Positions 13,611 through 27,070 of a stretch of 64,000 nucleotides of DNA are shown here, in pieces (the first letter of the stretch is position 1; each line of letters opens with the position of its first letter). A program made the position numbers and the translations under genes. The DNA lies in assembly GCF_964213995.1 (NCBI RefSeq), contig NC_135811.1, forward strand, positions 107,384,001-107,448,000, given 5' to 3'. The notes beneath the pieces are model-generated. The model saw only the letters and a program-made list of their open reading frames with translations, was not told the DNA's origin and made no database searches. Source of the DNA: Mustelus asterias (lineage: Eukaryota).

Positions 13611-13882
13611 AGAGTGCAAAGGCTGAGAATACGATAAACTGGCTGACGGCGAAGGGCGGAAGGAAGAAGCGCTGCCCGTACACCAAGCAACAGACACTGG
13701 AATTAGAAAAGGAATTCCTCTTTAACATGTATTTAACTCGAGAGCGCCGCCTGGAGATCAGCCGGAGCGTCAATCTAACCGACAGACAAGTCAAAATCTG
13801 GTTTCAAAACCGAAGAATGAAACTGAAAAAGATGAGCAGAGAGCACAGAGTTCGAGAAATATCGACAACGTTCCCCATCTGA
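13611..13882 (+). CDS. HOXB10: Hox-B10 exon 2 (homeodomain)
   Basis: Acceptor TTGACAG|AG. Encodes [65 protein letters not shown], a PG10 homeodomain. TGA at 13880-13882. Confidence 0.92.
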
Positions 13883-16800
13883 TGAAAGAATTGGTGTTTT
13901 GCAAAATCAAACATATACGAGACGGTGGACGAAATAAAGCGTCTCGTTGAAGTGGTTGCAGTGTTACAACAATATTAATGGTGTTGGGGGAGGGGGAGAG
14001 GTTGCAAGTTCAGAAGTCTAGTCACAAGAACAACATTAAGCCAACAAAGGAGAAGGGACAAAGCCGGATGAAGGACTTGCAAGTTCAAAATAACTGAACA
14101 TAACAAAAAGTTACTGGTTCGCTGTTGAAACTGAACAATCTGAAGACTCGTTTACTGGCCAAGCTCATTAATTGCCATCAGATAATTTAATGTCCTATCG
14201 CTTTACTATGAGGAAAGGAGCTGAAAGAATGTTCCACGAATGCAATAAAATCTGACTTGCTTTATCAATGTTGTCCTTTTCTTGGATTTAATCGATGTAT
14301 AGTTAATGCCACGTTTATGTTTTATGCTTACAAAAGTAATCATTTTAACGTCTGCCAACCACTTCCTCTTACTGAGGGGTCACCAGAGAAATCGACACCT
14401 ATTATATATAGTACGCCATCTGCGCATGCATACTTCACGCACAAGAGTGAAGCGCTTGTTAAATTATAGTTTGAAACTAGCCTGAAAATAGGCAGGCATA
14501 TTGAAGCAATTAGAGGTCGATAATTGTGGGAAATCCTCGGTCTACCAAAGGGTATATTTTGAATTACTACATACTCATGGATATATGCATTATGATTCGT
14601 CTTAAAACAAAGCTGTTTCTTAAAGTAATGAGAAAGTATAAATTTGAAAATCCATTTCCAGAAATGATCGGCCTATCATGAATCCTTCTTGCTTCTTAGT
14701 ATACAAGAACTGTTATTTATATAGGTTACTGAATGGGCATTGCAACAATAATATCAAACAATGTACAATTGTTTTCGTTGGTGTCATGTACATTCAGTAG
14801 ATAAGTTCACCAAGTTAATGTCAAGTATTAGCTTTATTATTAAAATGTTTCGAAGGATTCTAAAATTAACTTTATTGTTCTTTATCAATACACAGACACA
14901 GCAGTACATGAAAATATCCAAACTATGAATATTGCACGTGGACTTCATAGCGATTATAATACTAATGTTTGCATTATCCAACGTCTTTCATACTGAAACG
15001 TCTTAAAATGTTGACGATAAATTGTTTAGGAGTGCATTCAGTGTATTGCAGATTAACTACATGTTTTACCGTTCACTCGGCTTAAAACGGCATCTCATAA
15101 CTGAAGACTTGATTTACAGAAAGATTTGCAGAAGACATAAAACATCAATTGGATCCAAATTGATTAACATAAGCGTTTAAAACTAAGAAACAAAAATCAA
15201 GATAGAACACTTTTTAATGATCTTATTACAATTGTTATGAGAAGGCAGATGCTTATACAGCTTTTGTGTTCCTTTGACTAACGTCAAATGGCTAAAATAT
15301 TCATGAGTTGGCCTCCACACCTGGCGCATATCCCTTGAAAAGGCATAGATTCCTGTTAGCTACTAGTTCAATTTTATTACTGAAAACTTCCATTGATCTA
15401 ATTTTTAGTGGGGTGTAATTGGACACCGACCTGTTTAACAAGATTTAGTCCTAATTTCATGGTTTAATTTCTTACTCAGTTCCACACTAGAGATGTGACG
15501 TAAAGCTTCCCATCGAAATGTGAATGGAATGTGAAAAACCAATAAATTGACATGAACTCACAGTACAAATTGCAGCTTAAATATATCAGAAAACTGAAAT
15601 AGATAAAATCCCTGGCAATTGTTTCGTCAGTCACTGACCTGGGGAAGATGAATAGTTGTTGATTAGAACTTCTGTTGCGTAAATGATGTGAATATACAGC
15701 AAACTGTTAAAATCCAGCTTCAAACTTATTATGAGTGTCGATTATCATTCTTGCAGTGAACTACAATCTTACTGGAGATTATACACTACAATTAAAATGT
15801 GTTTGTGCTTAAGAATAATGTGTCTCTTAAATGTTCATCAAACTGTCTGACAAACTATGATAGTCTGTCCTCTCAATTAGTTTGGCGTGTGTCTTTTTAG
15901 GTAGAGATTTTCAGATTGACAAATGTGTAATGGCAGATAAGATGTAATATTTATTTTTAAAACATATAAGGAAACTTGCTATACCAAAGACTTTAAGGTT
16001 CTCTCCATTACCTGATGTCTACTGCTATGCACAGTGAACTCCGCACAATACATTTGTGGGAGAGGGCCAGGAAAGAATCTGTTAATATTTGAGGACCATT
16101 CAAAAATAACTGTTAAAATGAAATATTTTACTTTCATGGTGCAAAGTAAGTGTTGAAAGTATTTTTTTCTTGAATAGCATGTCCTGTATATTTCACGTCT
16201 TAAATTGATTGCATTATTTCTGGGCCTGATCACAGACTAATATTAAAATGCAGATTTAAAAATAACAATAAAATTGTGTTTGGCATTTCTGTAATTCTTT
16301 ACACTTTTTTAATGTCTAAAAGCCTGTTAAGTTTTGTTGTGGCCATTTGCTCTTTAGTGGCTCTTTCATCAAGTCTGGCTCGTATATATCATGGACGTTG
16401 GTTGGCTGATTGTGAACCCGTGAAATTGACCTGAAATGGACAAGTTGATGGTTGAGAAAAAAGGACAGGGAATTCCGATGCTTCCACCCCTAAAGAAAAC
16501 CCTGCAGTTTGAAATTTATTTGGTATCCGGTGTCGGTGATTTAAATACCATCCAGACGGTTGTTACTGACTATGGGCACTGACGATGCTCCAAGGACGAC
16601 CACGTCCGCTTTTGTAAAGTTTTATGGCTTATAAATATGTTTGGCAATTTGCTGTCATGTAGGACTTGTTGGACTTGGGCAGTTTGGCTCCGAGCGGCAT
16701 TCTGCACAGCATAGCTTTGAGATCAGGAAATGGTCGCACTTTACTTTCCTTGACAAACTCCAAGTGGAAACTCGCTAACTGTTGTCCAAATTTGTTTTCA

Positions 16801-17311
16801 AGACTTTGGAAAACATGATGAGAATGGTAGGGCATTGTTGTCACGTTAACGTCGTTTTCCCAGCGACCCTTTAAGGCCGGTTTCAGCCATATGGGCTTTG
16901 CAGAAAATTGAATGTTTGGATCTGCTGAAGTTTGTTGTTGCAGCAGTCTGCCGACTGTGTTAGGAAGTGAAATCTTTGATTCTTTAACATGGTATTGATT
17001 CAGTATAGTAACGCCAATTGTTTCAGCTTCTTACAGGTAAATACTACCGAAGCATGGCCAAAATGGGGTGAGCTGCCCCTGCTAGAATAATTAAACAGAC
17101 ATAGTTATAACGTTGAAGCCGCCTACAACTGTGCGATTTCTAAATAGTTTCCCTTCCTTTCCTTTCTTGTAAATGTGAGATCTTTTTATTAATTAAGAAT
17201 ACCTTAAATAATAATATCTAGCAAAATACATAATTCACAATGATGGTCTTCATTTTAATGATCGAATTGAACTCAACTCGTTAGAACCAATCTATGGCGC
17301 AAGTGAAATGG

Positions 17312-17395
17312 AACTGTTGTGTGACTTAGGTAGTTTCATGTTGTTGGGATTCTGTTTGATCGCAGTGACAAGAAACTGCCTGAATTACTCCAGTT
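17312..17395 (+). ncRNA. MIR196A: pre-miR-196 hairpin (miR-196a type; mature 17327-17348)
   Basis: Exact mature sequence TAGGTAGTTTCATGTTGTTGGG, with a complementary 3' arm (..GACAAGAAACTGCCTGA) and AACTG/CAGTT basal stem. Canonical position between PG10 and PG9. Confidence 0.96.
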
Positions 17396-20300
17396 ATTGT
17401 CATCGCAAAGTTATGGATGTTAGTTAACAAGAATCTCTGGTATTTTGCTACCCGAAGGAATGGTTTCTGTGACGAAACATTTTATATATTATAAATATAT
17501 GGAAGATGGTTCCACTAACAATGCCTGGCGCGGACTGTTATTGCAGATTATCTGAAGTACTCAGCTATTTAATTAACCATCTGCCCGATATGCGGATAGA
17601 TCTAAAGTAACTATTCATGTGCATGGATAGTGTAGTAAAGTTTTAAATAACGCAAATTGTGAATATTTTTCTAGTTGTAAACGTATACTTTTGGACTTGT
17701 ATCGTAATTGCAAACATAACTAGCTAGATCCAATTTTCTATTCTTTAGAAATAACTGCGTAGGTCGATAAATCGATTCATTATAAGTATAATAAATGGAT
17801 AAATATATAGGTCAACAACACCGATAGGTGGATTGAGGTAGATTGCGCAGTTGTGTGAAGTGTTTTATCAGGTTTAAGTCGCCACTGATATCTGCACTGT
17901 CTATGTGCATTAAAGAAGTCACTTTAGGTTTTAAAAACAGGCAAATTGAAAATACACCAAGCGAGGTTGAAAATGAGCAGAAAAATAGCACGGTTCATTT
18001 CTCTACCATCTTAATTTAGTTTTTGTGTATTTTTTGAACACTTGGAATATGGTCGCATGGAAACAAATGTTGTACACTGGCGGTTCAGAGGGCTTTACAG
18101 TTCCACTGTGTCAAGTTATTAAGGTTTGCAGCCTTGTTGTAATGATATGATTTTGTTTAGTTATAATGCAGTGTGTTCAGTCATAAATTATAATTTAAAT
18201 ATTACTCAATCATTCACGATGGATCCTCAGTTTATCACAACGTTACTTTACATTAAATGAAAGAGGCCGGATCCATATTGCTGCAGTGAGCCACATCTGG
18301 CAATATCTCACAGGAGTCATCCAATTGCAGAAAGGCATAAGACTAGGTTCCAATTAGACGTTCCACCAGATGATGAAGCTTTAATGTTGCCTTCGTCTAT
18401 TTTTTTTGGTTTATGTATGAAGGTATAACTTCAGGGGGTTTGCGCAGATGTTCTTCAATTCGTTCACTTTCACTGTCAGTTTGGAAACTGAAAATTAAGT
18501 ATCGGCTACTGTTTAAAACACATGCAGAGATACATACAGAGCGGTCACTGAGCCTGCCGAGTGATTTGTAGAAAAGAACCTCATCAAAGGAAAAAGGAAA
18601 ACCATGAATTCACATTTTAACAACAATTTGATTACAGAGAATGTTCCAATTATAGACTGTAGCTGATTGTCATTTTTCACCATCTGCAGTATACAATTTA
18701 ATGTGATGGTATTTGGGTTTTTTTCTTACTTACTTGCACACATCCAATGGATTATGAATTGAGCTAAAGGGCAGAATGCCACAAATAAGCCCTTAACTGT
18801 TAAATATGTTGGAGCGTTTATAACTGCTTTGATACGACTCAAGTTGATAGGATTGCACAAGTGCTGTAGAGGCAAGTGCAACGGGTCCCAAATCCTGTAC
18901 AGTTAGGCCTAAGCTGAACCGCCTTCTTTAAATCTAAATGTGGTATTTGCACCGAAATGGCCTGCAGCGACCTCGAACGACGGGTCTTTCCCTACTCAAA
19001 ATGTCAGTTGCTGTTGTTTGAAGACATTCCATTTTTGGTTGACAGAGATTCGAATCTGTGATTTTAAAAGGGCGTTTAAAATATAATATATGAAGTCACA
19101 ATTTACACGAAAAGCCCAATAATTTACCCCAAAGAGCATACAAATACGTTATTGTGCCAGAAAGTGTACTGGAAATGGACCAATATGCTCATTTATCCTT
19201 TTATATATTGTTGAAATGCGGTTCCCAATCGTTGTTGCCCAAGTTAAGTTTTGCTTCTGTCCTAAATAGATAATATTGCTTCTAAATTTAAAAACATCTC
19301 TCTTAATTCACTTCCTAATACAGAATTATTCCTTGTTACTAACTGATTGAGAGTGCATCTTTTTACTTGATTTAACGTGAGACTATATGTTATTCAACAC
19401 TTCATATAAACTGCGGCTTGTACGTTTAAGACAAGTTTTAATTATAAAGGAAGTATATTGCAAGAGTCTATTTGATATCCAGAATTTCATTCTCAACGGG
19501 AAAGAACAAAGACGATGCTAGTGTCAGGTTGTCCCTTATAATAGAGTTAAAAGACAGGCGAGTGTCTCTGTGCAGCAATTTGCACAGTAGAGTGGTCGTT
19601 CTCAGCAGAAAATAAGGGGACAACCTTGGCATACTTTGAGCAAACAGACAAAATAATTTATTTGGATTTATTTGATCTATGAAATGATGAGTTAATTTTC
19701 TGATAGTTCACACTTTAGAAAATACATATTTGTGGTATTTTGAAATTAAGTTCAGAATAAGTAGAATAAATATCTATAAATGCATTTCAAACGAATCTGT
19801 TGAATAATCGCAGCTCGAACCCGCAATGTTTGACAACATATACAGCAATCATCAACATATGCAGATAAATTGCTGACTAAAACACCAATTTAATGCCAAT
19901 TTTCGGACTAGATCTGCAAGTCTAGCTGGCCCTATACTGCAAAATTCTCCCGTTGAAATACTCTCCCTAAACTATTTAGACTGGATAATATTCACGTTAA
20001 ACAGAAACATAACTCTCAGCATCTTACTAATTTTAAGAACGGGTTTTAAAATGTAGTTTTGAAGTGTAAAATAGACCGAAATTAATTTTAGTCTCGCTTA
20101 CCCTAAACTTTTGATATCATTAAAGAGGCAAAATGAACTTTTTGAATGAAAATGCACTTAAGAGATTACGGTAGTTGTTTTTAATTTAATACAATACCAG
20201 CCCCAACAAGTCAAATCAAAATACAAAACAAGTATGTACATTTTGTGAAATACATCTTACATGATGCTAACAGCCAGTTTAAGCACATTGATTAAGTTTT

Positions 20301-22146
20301 ACATTGATTTGTTCTAATATTTGGATATTCTCAATGGTACTCACAAGCTTAGCCAACTTCTTGCAAATATTGAAAAATATTTTTACAACGAGTGGATCCT
20401 TTTGGAGATTCAGGATATCTTCACATTAACGAATAATCAGATGTTGACCTAAACCTATGATTTATTCAATGTCTTTATCCTCACTAATGCTAGCCTAATA
20501 GAAGCCACTGTTGTAACGAGTCCACTGCCAAGCATCATAACAGTCCAAAAATTAAAACTGAAATGTTAGTCGAATCATCATGAGTCCAAAGAAACGAACA
20601 TCTATTTTTGTCCTAAACTAATTTCTTCCTTGATTGAATTGTTTTGCATCAGCAATTTTATAAAATCAAACGTTGACAAAATTGGTTCTATGAAAAATAT
20701 ACTTTAAAACTGCATATGAACCATTCACCGCTTGTGTTTGTTCTTTTTGCTTCCGCCATTGCTCGTTCTGCGGTTTGACTAATGTCCAAATCTCTTCAAA
20801 CCCAACTTCTTTGCGTCAGCTCAATTATGTCAATCAAGCTCTTTTCATTCAACCTTCTAAATGAATTTGTTAAATGCAAAGTTAAATATTATTAGTTTTC
20901 ATTAATGAGTTACATCAAGAAAGTGGTTTTGTAAATTGGGTAGCCGAACGATTTTCTCCCCAAATAAATCCCCAATTACCCAGTTATGTTTTCGGTATTT
21001 GCGCATTTCACTAGTCGAAAGTGATCTTAGAACTTCCATTCACAGTTTCTCCCCAGCTCCACGACACAAATACAAATGCCTTTCCTGGCACTTATTCTAA
21101 TGGAAATGGCGTCTCCTAAAACAAATGGAAACGATAACAAGGGAAGATGTGGCTTTAACGTAACTTTAACCTGTAACTATTCATGGAGAATTTTAATACA
21201 TTGGAATTATTCACTCATTCACCGGAGTTCAATATTGTTTAAATATCGGCTTGTCGTTCTCCTTCGTGGATAATTTAAAGTCACGCAGCGTGATAATACA
21301 GAATAATAGGTAGCGTGTCTTTAATATAACTGTGAGCATTGAAAGATCACAATGGGGACTAAAATACTTAGTTGGTTGAAAATACAGGAACTGGAACGAG
21401 AGACTATCTTAAATCCAATTGGTTCTAATCTTGCTTAATTGCGGACTTTTGTCCAAATTAAAATTTGAAGAAAATGTGGCGGTAAGGTTTCTCATGGTTT
21501 GTGATGCGCATTTTCACACCAATCCAATGTCTATAGTTGTTACTCAGGGAACGCACACATATTTCTTTCAATAGAACTAAAACCTCGAGCTAATATTGTT
21601 AAGGAAATCTGGGGCGTTCCAAACCGCCAACCTCACCAGTTTCTTGTACCCATCAAACACAAATACCACAAGAATTATCTGCTACGATGATTGCATTTAA
21701 CACTTCTTATGTTATAGGTTTAAGCAAATAACAGCAACAATAAGACTGGCGATTATGAGACCGGTGTGAGAATTTGTCACACGAGATAAGATTAATTAGG
21801 AAGCAAAATAGTCCCTTAAAAGATTGTCTTTTAAAGTTAATCGCGTCTTATATTGTTAAGGGTAGTTGCACAATCTATATATATGTGTAATACTGTTCGT
21901 TGTGTAATCCCCATTTCTCCTCTAAAAGTAGTTAATACGGGGGGCGCTGTTAATTGTTTAACCCCCATTGCGGATTGATTTACGTTTTATTGTCGCTTTG
22001 TCGGCCTCATGAAAACTTTAACCAATCGTTTCGCAGATAGCCCACAACATATTAGCTAACTCTACTTTGTTAGTTGAGAAGTTGAGAGAACAATTTCTAC
22101 TCTTACATATAATTTCCCAATGAATCGAAGTGTATGATGTTTGATA

Positions 22147-22663
22147 ATGTCGATCTCTGGTGCTATTAGTAACTATTTTGTCGATTCACTTATAAGTCAT
22201 GAAAGCGAGGGATCGCCTGCAACAAAGTTTGCTTCGGGTCAGTATATAGTCTCCAGACAGCCGGGGGTCCCAGAGCACCCCGAATTTCCTGCTTGCAATT
22301 TTCAACCGAAATCCCCCGTGTTCGGTACTTCTTGGGCCCCCGTGTACGCTCAGTCCTCTACCAATGTCTCCACATTGTACCATCCATACGTCCAGTCTCA
22401 TCCCATTCAGCCTGATAGCAGGTACATGCGGTCCTGGTTGGACCCGACCCCCAGGGCCGTCTCCCTACCCGGGATGCCTTCCAGCGGTCACGATTCATTG
22501 AAAACAGAGGTACTCGCGGGTCCCGGCGGCGAAACACTACCAGCAGCGCTCCAAAAAATACATGGCGAGTATTTGGAGAGCGAAACTATTAGCTCCGGGA
22601 AAGCGCCGTGCTATGAAGACAGTATATGTGAAGAGAAGGGAGACAAAGAGGCATCAGAACAAA
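22147..22663 (+). CDS. HOXB9: Homeobox protein Hox-B9, exon 1
   Basis: ATG at 22147: MSISGAISNYFVDSLISHE..FPACNFQPKSPVF..RYMRSWLDP. Donor A|GTAAGT after 22663. Spliced protein is 252 aa. Confidence 0.93.
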
Positions 22664-23352
22664 GTAAGTTGTTCGGGAAATGTACTTGATTTATCTTAGA
22701 ATGAAAATAGTTTAGGAGCCTCACGCAAAAACGCGACTGAAATAAGGTTCCAATTAAAAGGCAGTTTGCTTCCAGTTTGGCCACAAGTATTTAACTGGTT
22801 TTATATTGCTTGTTATTTTATACGCCTCCGTTCTGTTTTATGGGTTACACAAGTAACCACCTGCAAACCTTTAATGACGGGTTTGCCGGTCTGTCTTCCA
22901 GGAGGCAATAAATAAATTAATGAATGAATAAAACTTATTCCCTCTTGTTATTTTCCGTTTGAATTAATCTACTGAAGAACTTGTGAACAAAAAAAAATGT
23001 GCGGCACACCATCTTTGTGTCAAGCTGCAGACAAGGCAGAAATCAAACAATTTATGCAGTGCAATCGGGTCTTCCAATTTACTTCCCAAATGCAAGCGTG
23101 ATGATGAACAAAAAAAACTAAACCACTCGAGAACGCCCAAATGTTTCCAATTTACTCATACACTTTACTGAGGGAAAGCACTGAGTACAGCACATACATA
23201 CATGCACATATGCTCGCTGAATCTTAGCTCCATCGATATCATTTTGGGAAAATCCTACCATAAGCATTGTAATGTTAGAAGTGCATTGAGAAAATATGAT
23301 CGCAATATTATTCTTATTCTGATCTGATTATTTTTCCTTCACTCATCTTCAG

Positions 23353-23594
23353 ACAATCCTTCTGCAAACTGGTTACACGCTCGCTCGACAAGGAAAAAAA
23401 GATGTCCTTACAGCAAGTATCAGACCCTGGAGTTGGAAAAGGAATTTCTGTTCAACATGTACCTCACCAGGGACCGGAGGCACGAAGTAGCTCGGCTTCT
23501 CAACCTGACTGAAAGACAAGTCAAAATCTGGTTTCAGAACAGGAGGATGAAGATGAAAAGACTCAGTAAGGAGCACGTGAAAGAATTCGAGTGA
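23353..23594 (+). CDS. HOXB9: Hox-B9 exon 2 (homeodomain; absent from the supplied ORF track)
   Basis: Acceptor CTTCAG|AC. Translates [88 protein letters not shown] is characteristic of B9. Confidence 0.95.
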
Positions 23595-24493
23595 CTAGCT
23601 TTAAGTTTAAACTTTAGTGCGTAGCAGGTTTTTGCTGTCACTGCAATATATCCTTAAAGCACGGTAGTTCTGAGAAAGTCAACATGCATCCACAGCAAAG
23701 AATGGCCAGAATGTAAGGTTTTAACATCCAGCAATTCGGCTATTTATTTCGAACATTTTAGTGCATTCATTCAGGGAATAGAGTCACGTGTAAAGGATTT
23801 TATTGCAGGATATTAGGAGATACAACTTCCTCTCATTCTCATCCACTATAACAGACAGAGAGAGCAGCGAGCCTTTTATCCCGCCACCTTTTCTCTCTTT
23901 ATGGCTTAAAAAGAAACTTCGCGTTATTTATAAATTGCTACAATTTCTGTGAATGCTTTGGTTTTGGCCTTTGACGCGAGACCCGGATGGACCGCGTTCC
24001 AAAGCAGCGTTTGGATTCTTTTAACCTACGATTAAATATATATATTTAATCTTTATTGATCCCAATGATTTAGCACGACTTTATTTTAATTGTTTACATG
24101 CAAAAACGAATGTTTATAATCCATTTCGAAGACGTATTATATTGCGGTTGATTTAAGTACTGTTTTCCCGATTCCTGTATCTCTTTGATTTGAGAATTTG
24201 TGTTTTTCAATGGAATTGTAACTACTGTTTAAACCGATTGATAATCTACTTTACGATCTCTTTCTTCTGTAATCCCTAGTCTGTGTGTTCGAGTGTGGGT
24301 CTAGCAGTTTTGTTTTAATGAGCAGTACGATGCTCTTAAGGTTAAAATTAGTAGCTTTCACCTTTGCTAAGAGTTTGTACAACTATGGGTAGTTTTACCA
24401 CGTGGCTCGTTCTTAACGTTGTTCTAATATTGTAGTTTAACTGCCGAAGCGAAATTTAACCATTTGTCGTATAGAATGTCATGACATTTTAGA

Positions 24494-24499
24494 AATAAA
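24494..24499 (+). terminator. Candidate poly(A) signal of HoxB9
   Basis: AATAAA about 900 nt after the stop codon, ending a U-rich UTR-like stretch. Confidence 0.5.
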
Positions 24500-26044
24500 A
24501 TACTGTTTAGGAATAATCTGGCGAATTATGATTGACGAACGGGTTATATAAAAAGAGGACAACACGGTTCAGCTCAAAGGGATACATTTTAGAAGCAGTA
24601 ACATTTCTGGTGACAGCTTGTTAAATATTTCTCAGTCTTTCTGTCTCTGTCTGATGTGGAAGTGTTGCTTATATTCTTGTGTTTGTGCAGATTTTGCATT
24701 TAAGGTAAACGAACTAACTATTTTATATGAAATGATTGCCATTTCTAGGTGACCTTCACTTTTAGTTATTTTTTTCCGGAGCTCTCGACAACAGCAGCGC
24801 GCGGTTGCACTATTTTAATGTGATTTATTACTAATAATAATAATAAATTAAACCCACTGAATGGTGTAAAATATTTTGAACCCACCGTTCTTTGTACACC
24901 TAACACCACAATCATTAGATGGAAATATGTGAATGTATCAAAAACGGCTGCAAAATAAAATGCTGCTGAAAAATTGGAAACGAAATTTCCCCGTGACCTT
25001 GTTAAAGTCTTGTCTCATTCTTGATTGTGAATGTGAAGCTCTCTGTGTGACGCATGCACGAGAACCAGACCCAGGAAAACAAAGGAAAATCGCGGTATTT
25101 ATTAAATAAGGTCTCTGAATAATTACAGACATTGAACAGAGGCATTTAGAAGCCTGAGCAGAAAGTCAACTCCTAAATGTTCAACAAAACCAAATTAGTT
25201 ATCTGATAAACCACGAAACAATTTCTGAGGACAAAGCCAGTGCTTATACCGGACAACGGATAGAAAGCAGCTCAGTATTTTTATCCCGTTTTCCCGATAA
25301 ATCCTCTCTCAGGACTGGACACAATGGCGGGCCGTCAGTAGAGTAACGCCTGCAACTGCTGGGAAACATAAAACTAGCAAAGTGTCCCCGCAAACAATGA
25401 AATGCCTCCGTCTTATGAAGGAATCTCAAACACAGAGTCTTGCTGAGTGTGACATATTCTCAGGTTGTTGGTATGGATGGAAAATGCAGAAATTAGGGTT
25501 TCACCCTGGGAGAATTGGTCGATATCTCGTAAGTTGCTCACTTATTTTCCATGTACTTGTCATTGGAGGATCTGAAACATCCTGGGTTTTTTGTCCTTTG
25601 CATAAAACAAATTCGAAACAAAACTCCTAAAGGTATTTATATGCTGGTTACTTTGCATATTTTATCATCCAATGCATATCGGAAAGTGGTGAGCTCATTA
25701 CTTCTTGTTTTGCACAATAAGCATAACAGCTTTGCAATAATATGAATTGCTCTGGAAATTCAGAAGTAGACTCTTCGTGTGCTTCCACATGAAGGAGATT
25801 ACATATTCTGAAATAACTTCCATACACTATTGACAAGGAAAGGTTATCGATATTCTGATAGTTTACTCGCATTGCTCACTATTATAATCAGTGTGCTAAT
25901 TAATATTTCTCCAGTGGACCTATTTAAGCTGATTTTTGTAACAAATGAGACCTTATTTCAGCAATCTTATTCTCTTTGGAGGGTTTAAGTCGACCCCACC
26001 ATTTAGCAGGTTAAATAATTTATAGGTGTCTGTATGTATAATCC

Positions 26045-26084
<40 letters not shown>
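26045..26084. repeat. (ATCT)10 microsatellite
   Basis: Direct reading of the tandem tetramer. Confidence 0.95.
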
Positions 26085-26085
<1 letters not shown>

Positions 26086-26869
26086 CGTATGAGTGCATAT
26101 ATATACCTTTATGCATAGACAGATATGGATTTATGCACACAGACATTATAGATGAGAATTATAACATAAAACTAAAATAAATGAATGCATGAACCTATCA
26201 ACCTATGTGCTATACATTCTATTGACAAATGTGATAAAAGAACAAAATGTAAAAACGAAATTAAATATTACACACTCAATTAGACCATGTCATTAAAAAT
26301 CTGTCCACAAATAGCTAATGGGACATTTTAATGAAGCGTCTTTAACTTAAAGGAATTACATTCTAAACAAGAAATAACACTCCTATCCACAAATCTCTGA
26401 GAGTAAGATGTCTATTTCACCATCTTGGAAAGAAAAGCTGGTCAATTCTATCGAATGTTCATGCTAGATGGCATTTCTGTCGATTACATTTCTTGTTGCT
26501 ATCTTATTGTTGACAACGCAACAAGGATAATTAGACGGGAGGGAGGGGTTCTCGCCACTTTAAAAGCCTGCTGTTTAGGTTGGTTCAGTGGAAGTGCTGC
26601 CATGGATCTCTCGTGGCTATATTAAAAAATAAATCTATGCTTAGCGCTTTAATACCTCCATAGCAGAGAAAAGGGTTACGTGGCCGTTTAAACAGCTTTA
26701 CTGCGCTGAACTAAATAATTACAGTATCAGCGTGTCGTATATTAGAACTAATATAATATCAGTTATTTTCAGTTCAACATTATTTCCCAAACACAAGAGA
26801 CACAAACACTTAAAAGGGGAAGGCAGAAATGAGCCTAGCACGGTGGAGGAGGAGCTAGGAAGTTGTCTG

Positions 26870-27070
26870 TCATTATAGGAAATTCAGTGTGGTGTGCTGC
26901 AATAAAATAATATGACCGTTGTAAAAGTTTATAGGGTATAAATTTCTGAAGGTTAAGAATTGAACGTCTGTAAAACAAACACAGCAAAGGGAAAACTTTC
27001 AGAAGCTATTAAATTAAACTTACAACTGGAGGCGCCAAGCAATAAAAATATAGCTTTGTGTTTTATTTCT
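26870..27070. promoter_or_regulatory. Cdx/Hox-site-rich conserved element between HoxB9 and HoxB8
   Basis: GCAATAAAA twice plus GTTTATAG and GTATAAAT within 200 bp. Resembles the Cdx-responsive element upstream of mammalian Hoxb8 (recalled). Confidence 0.6.

Noticed and set aside
21937-21949. GGGGGGCGCTG CTCF-like half motif upstream of HoxB9
   Set aside because: The 5' CCAC/CCAG half is missing; too weak to call.
23373-23576. Antisense and alternate-frame ORFs over Hox exons (also 37434-37679, 45451-45669, 32798-33163, 48153-48623)
   Set aside because: Shadow ORFs arising from homeobox codon structure and GC-rich exons.
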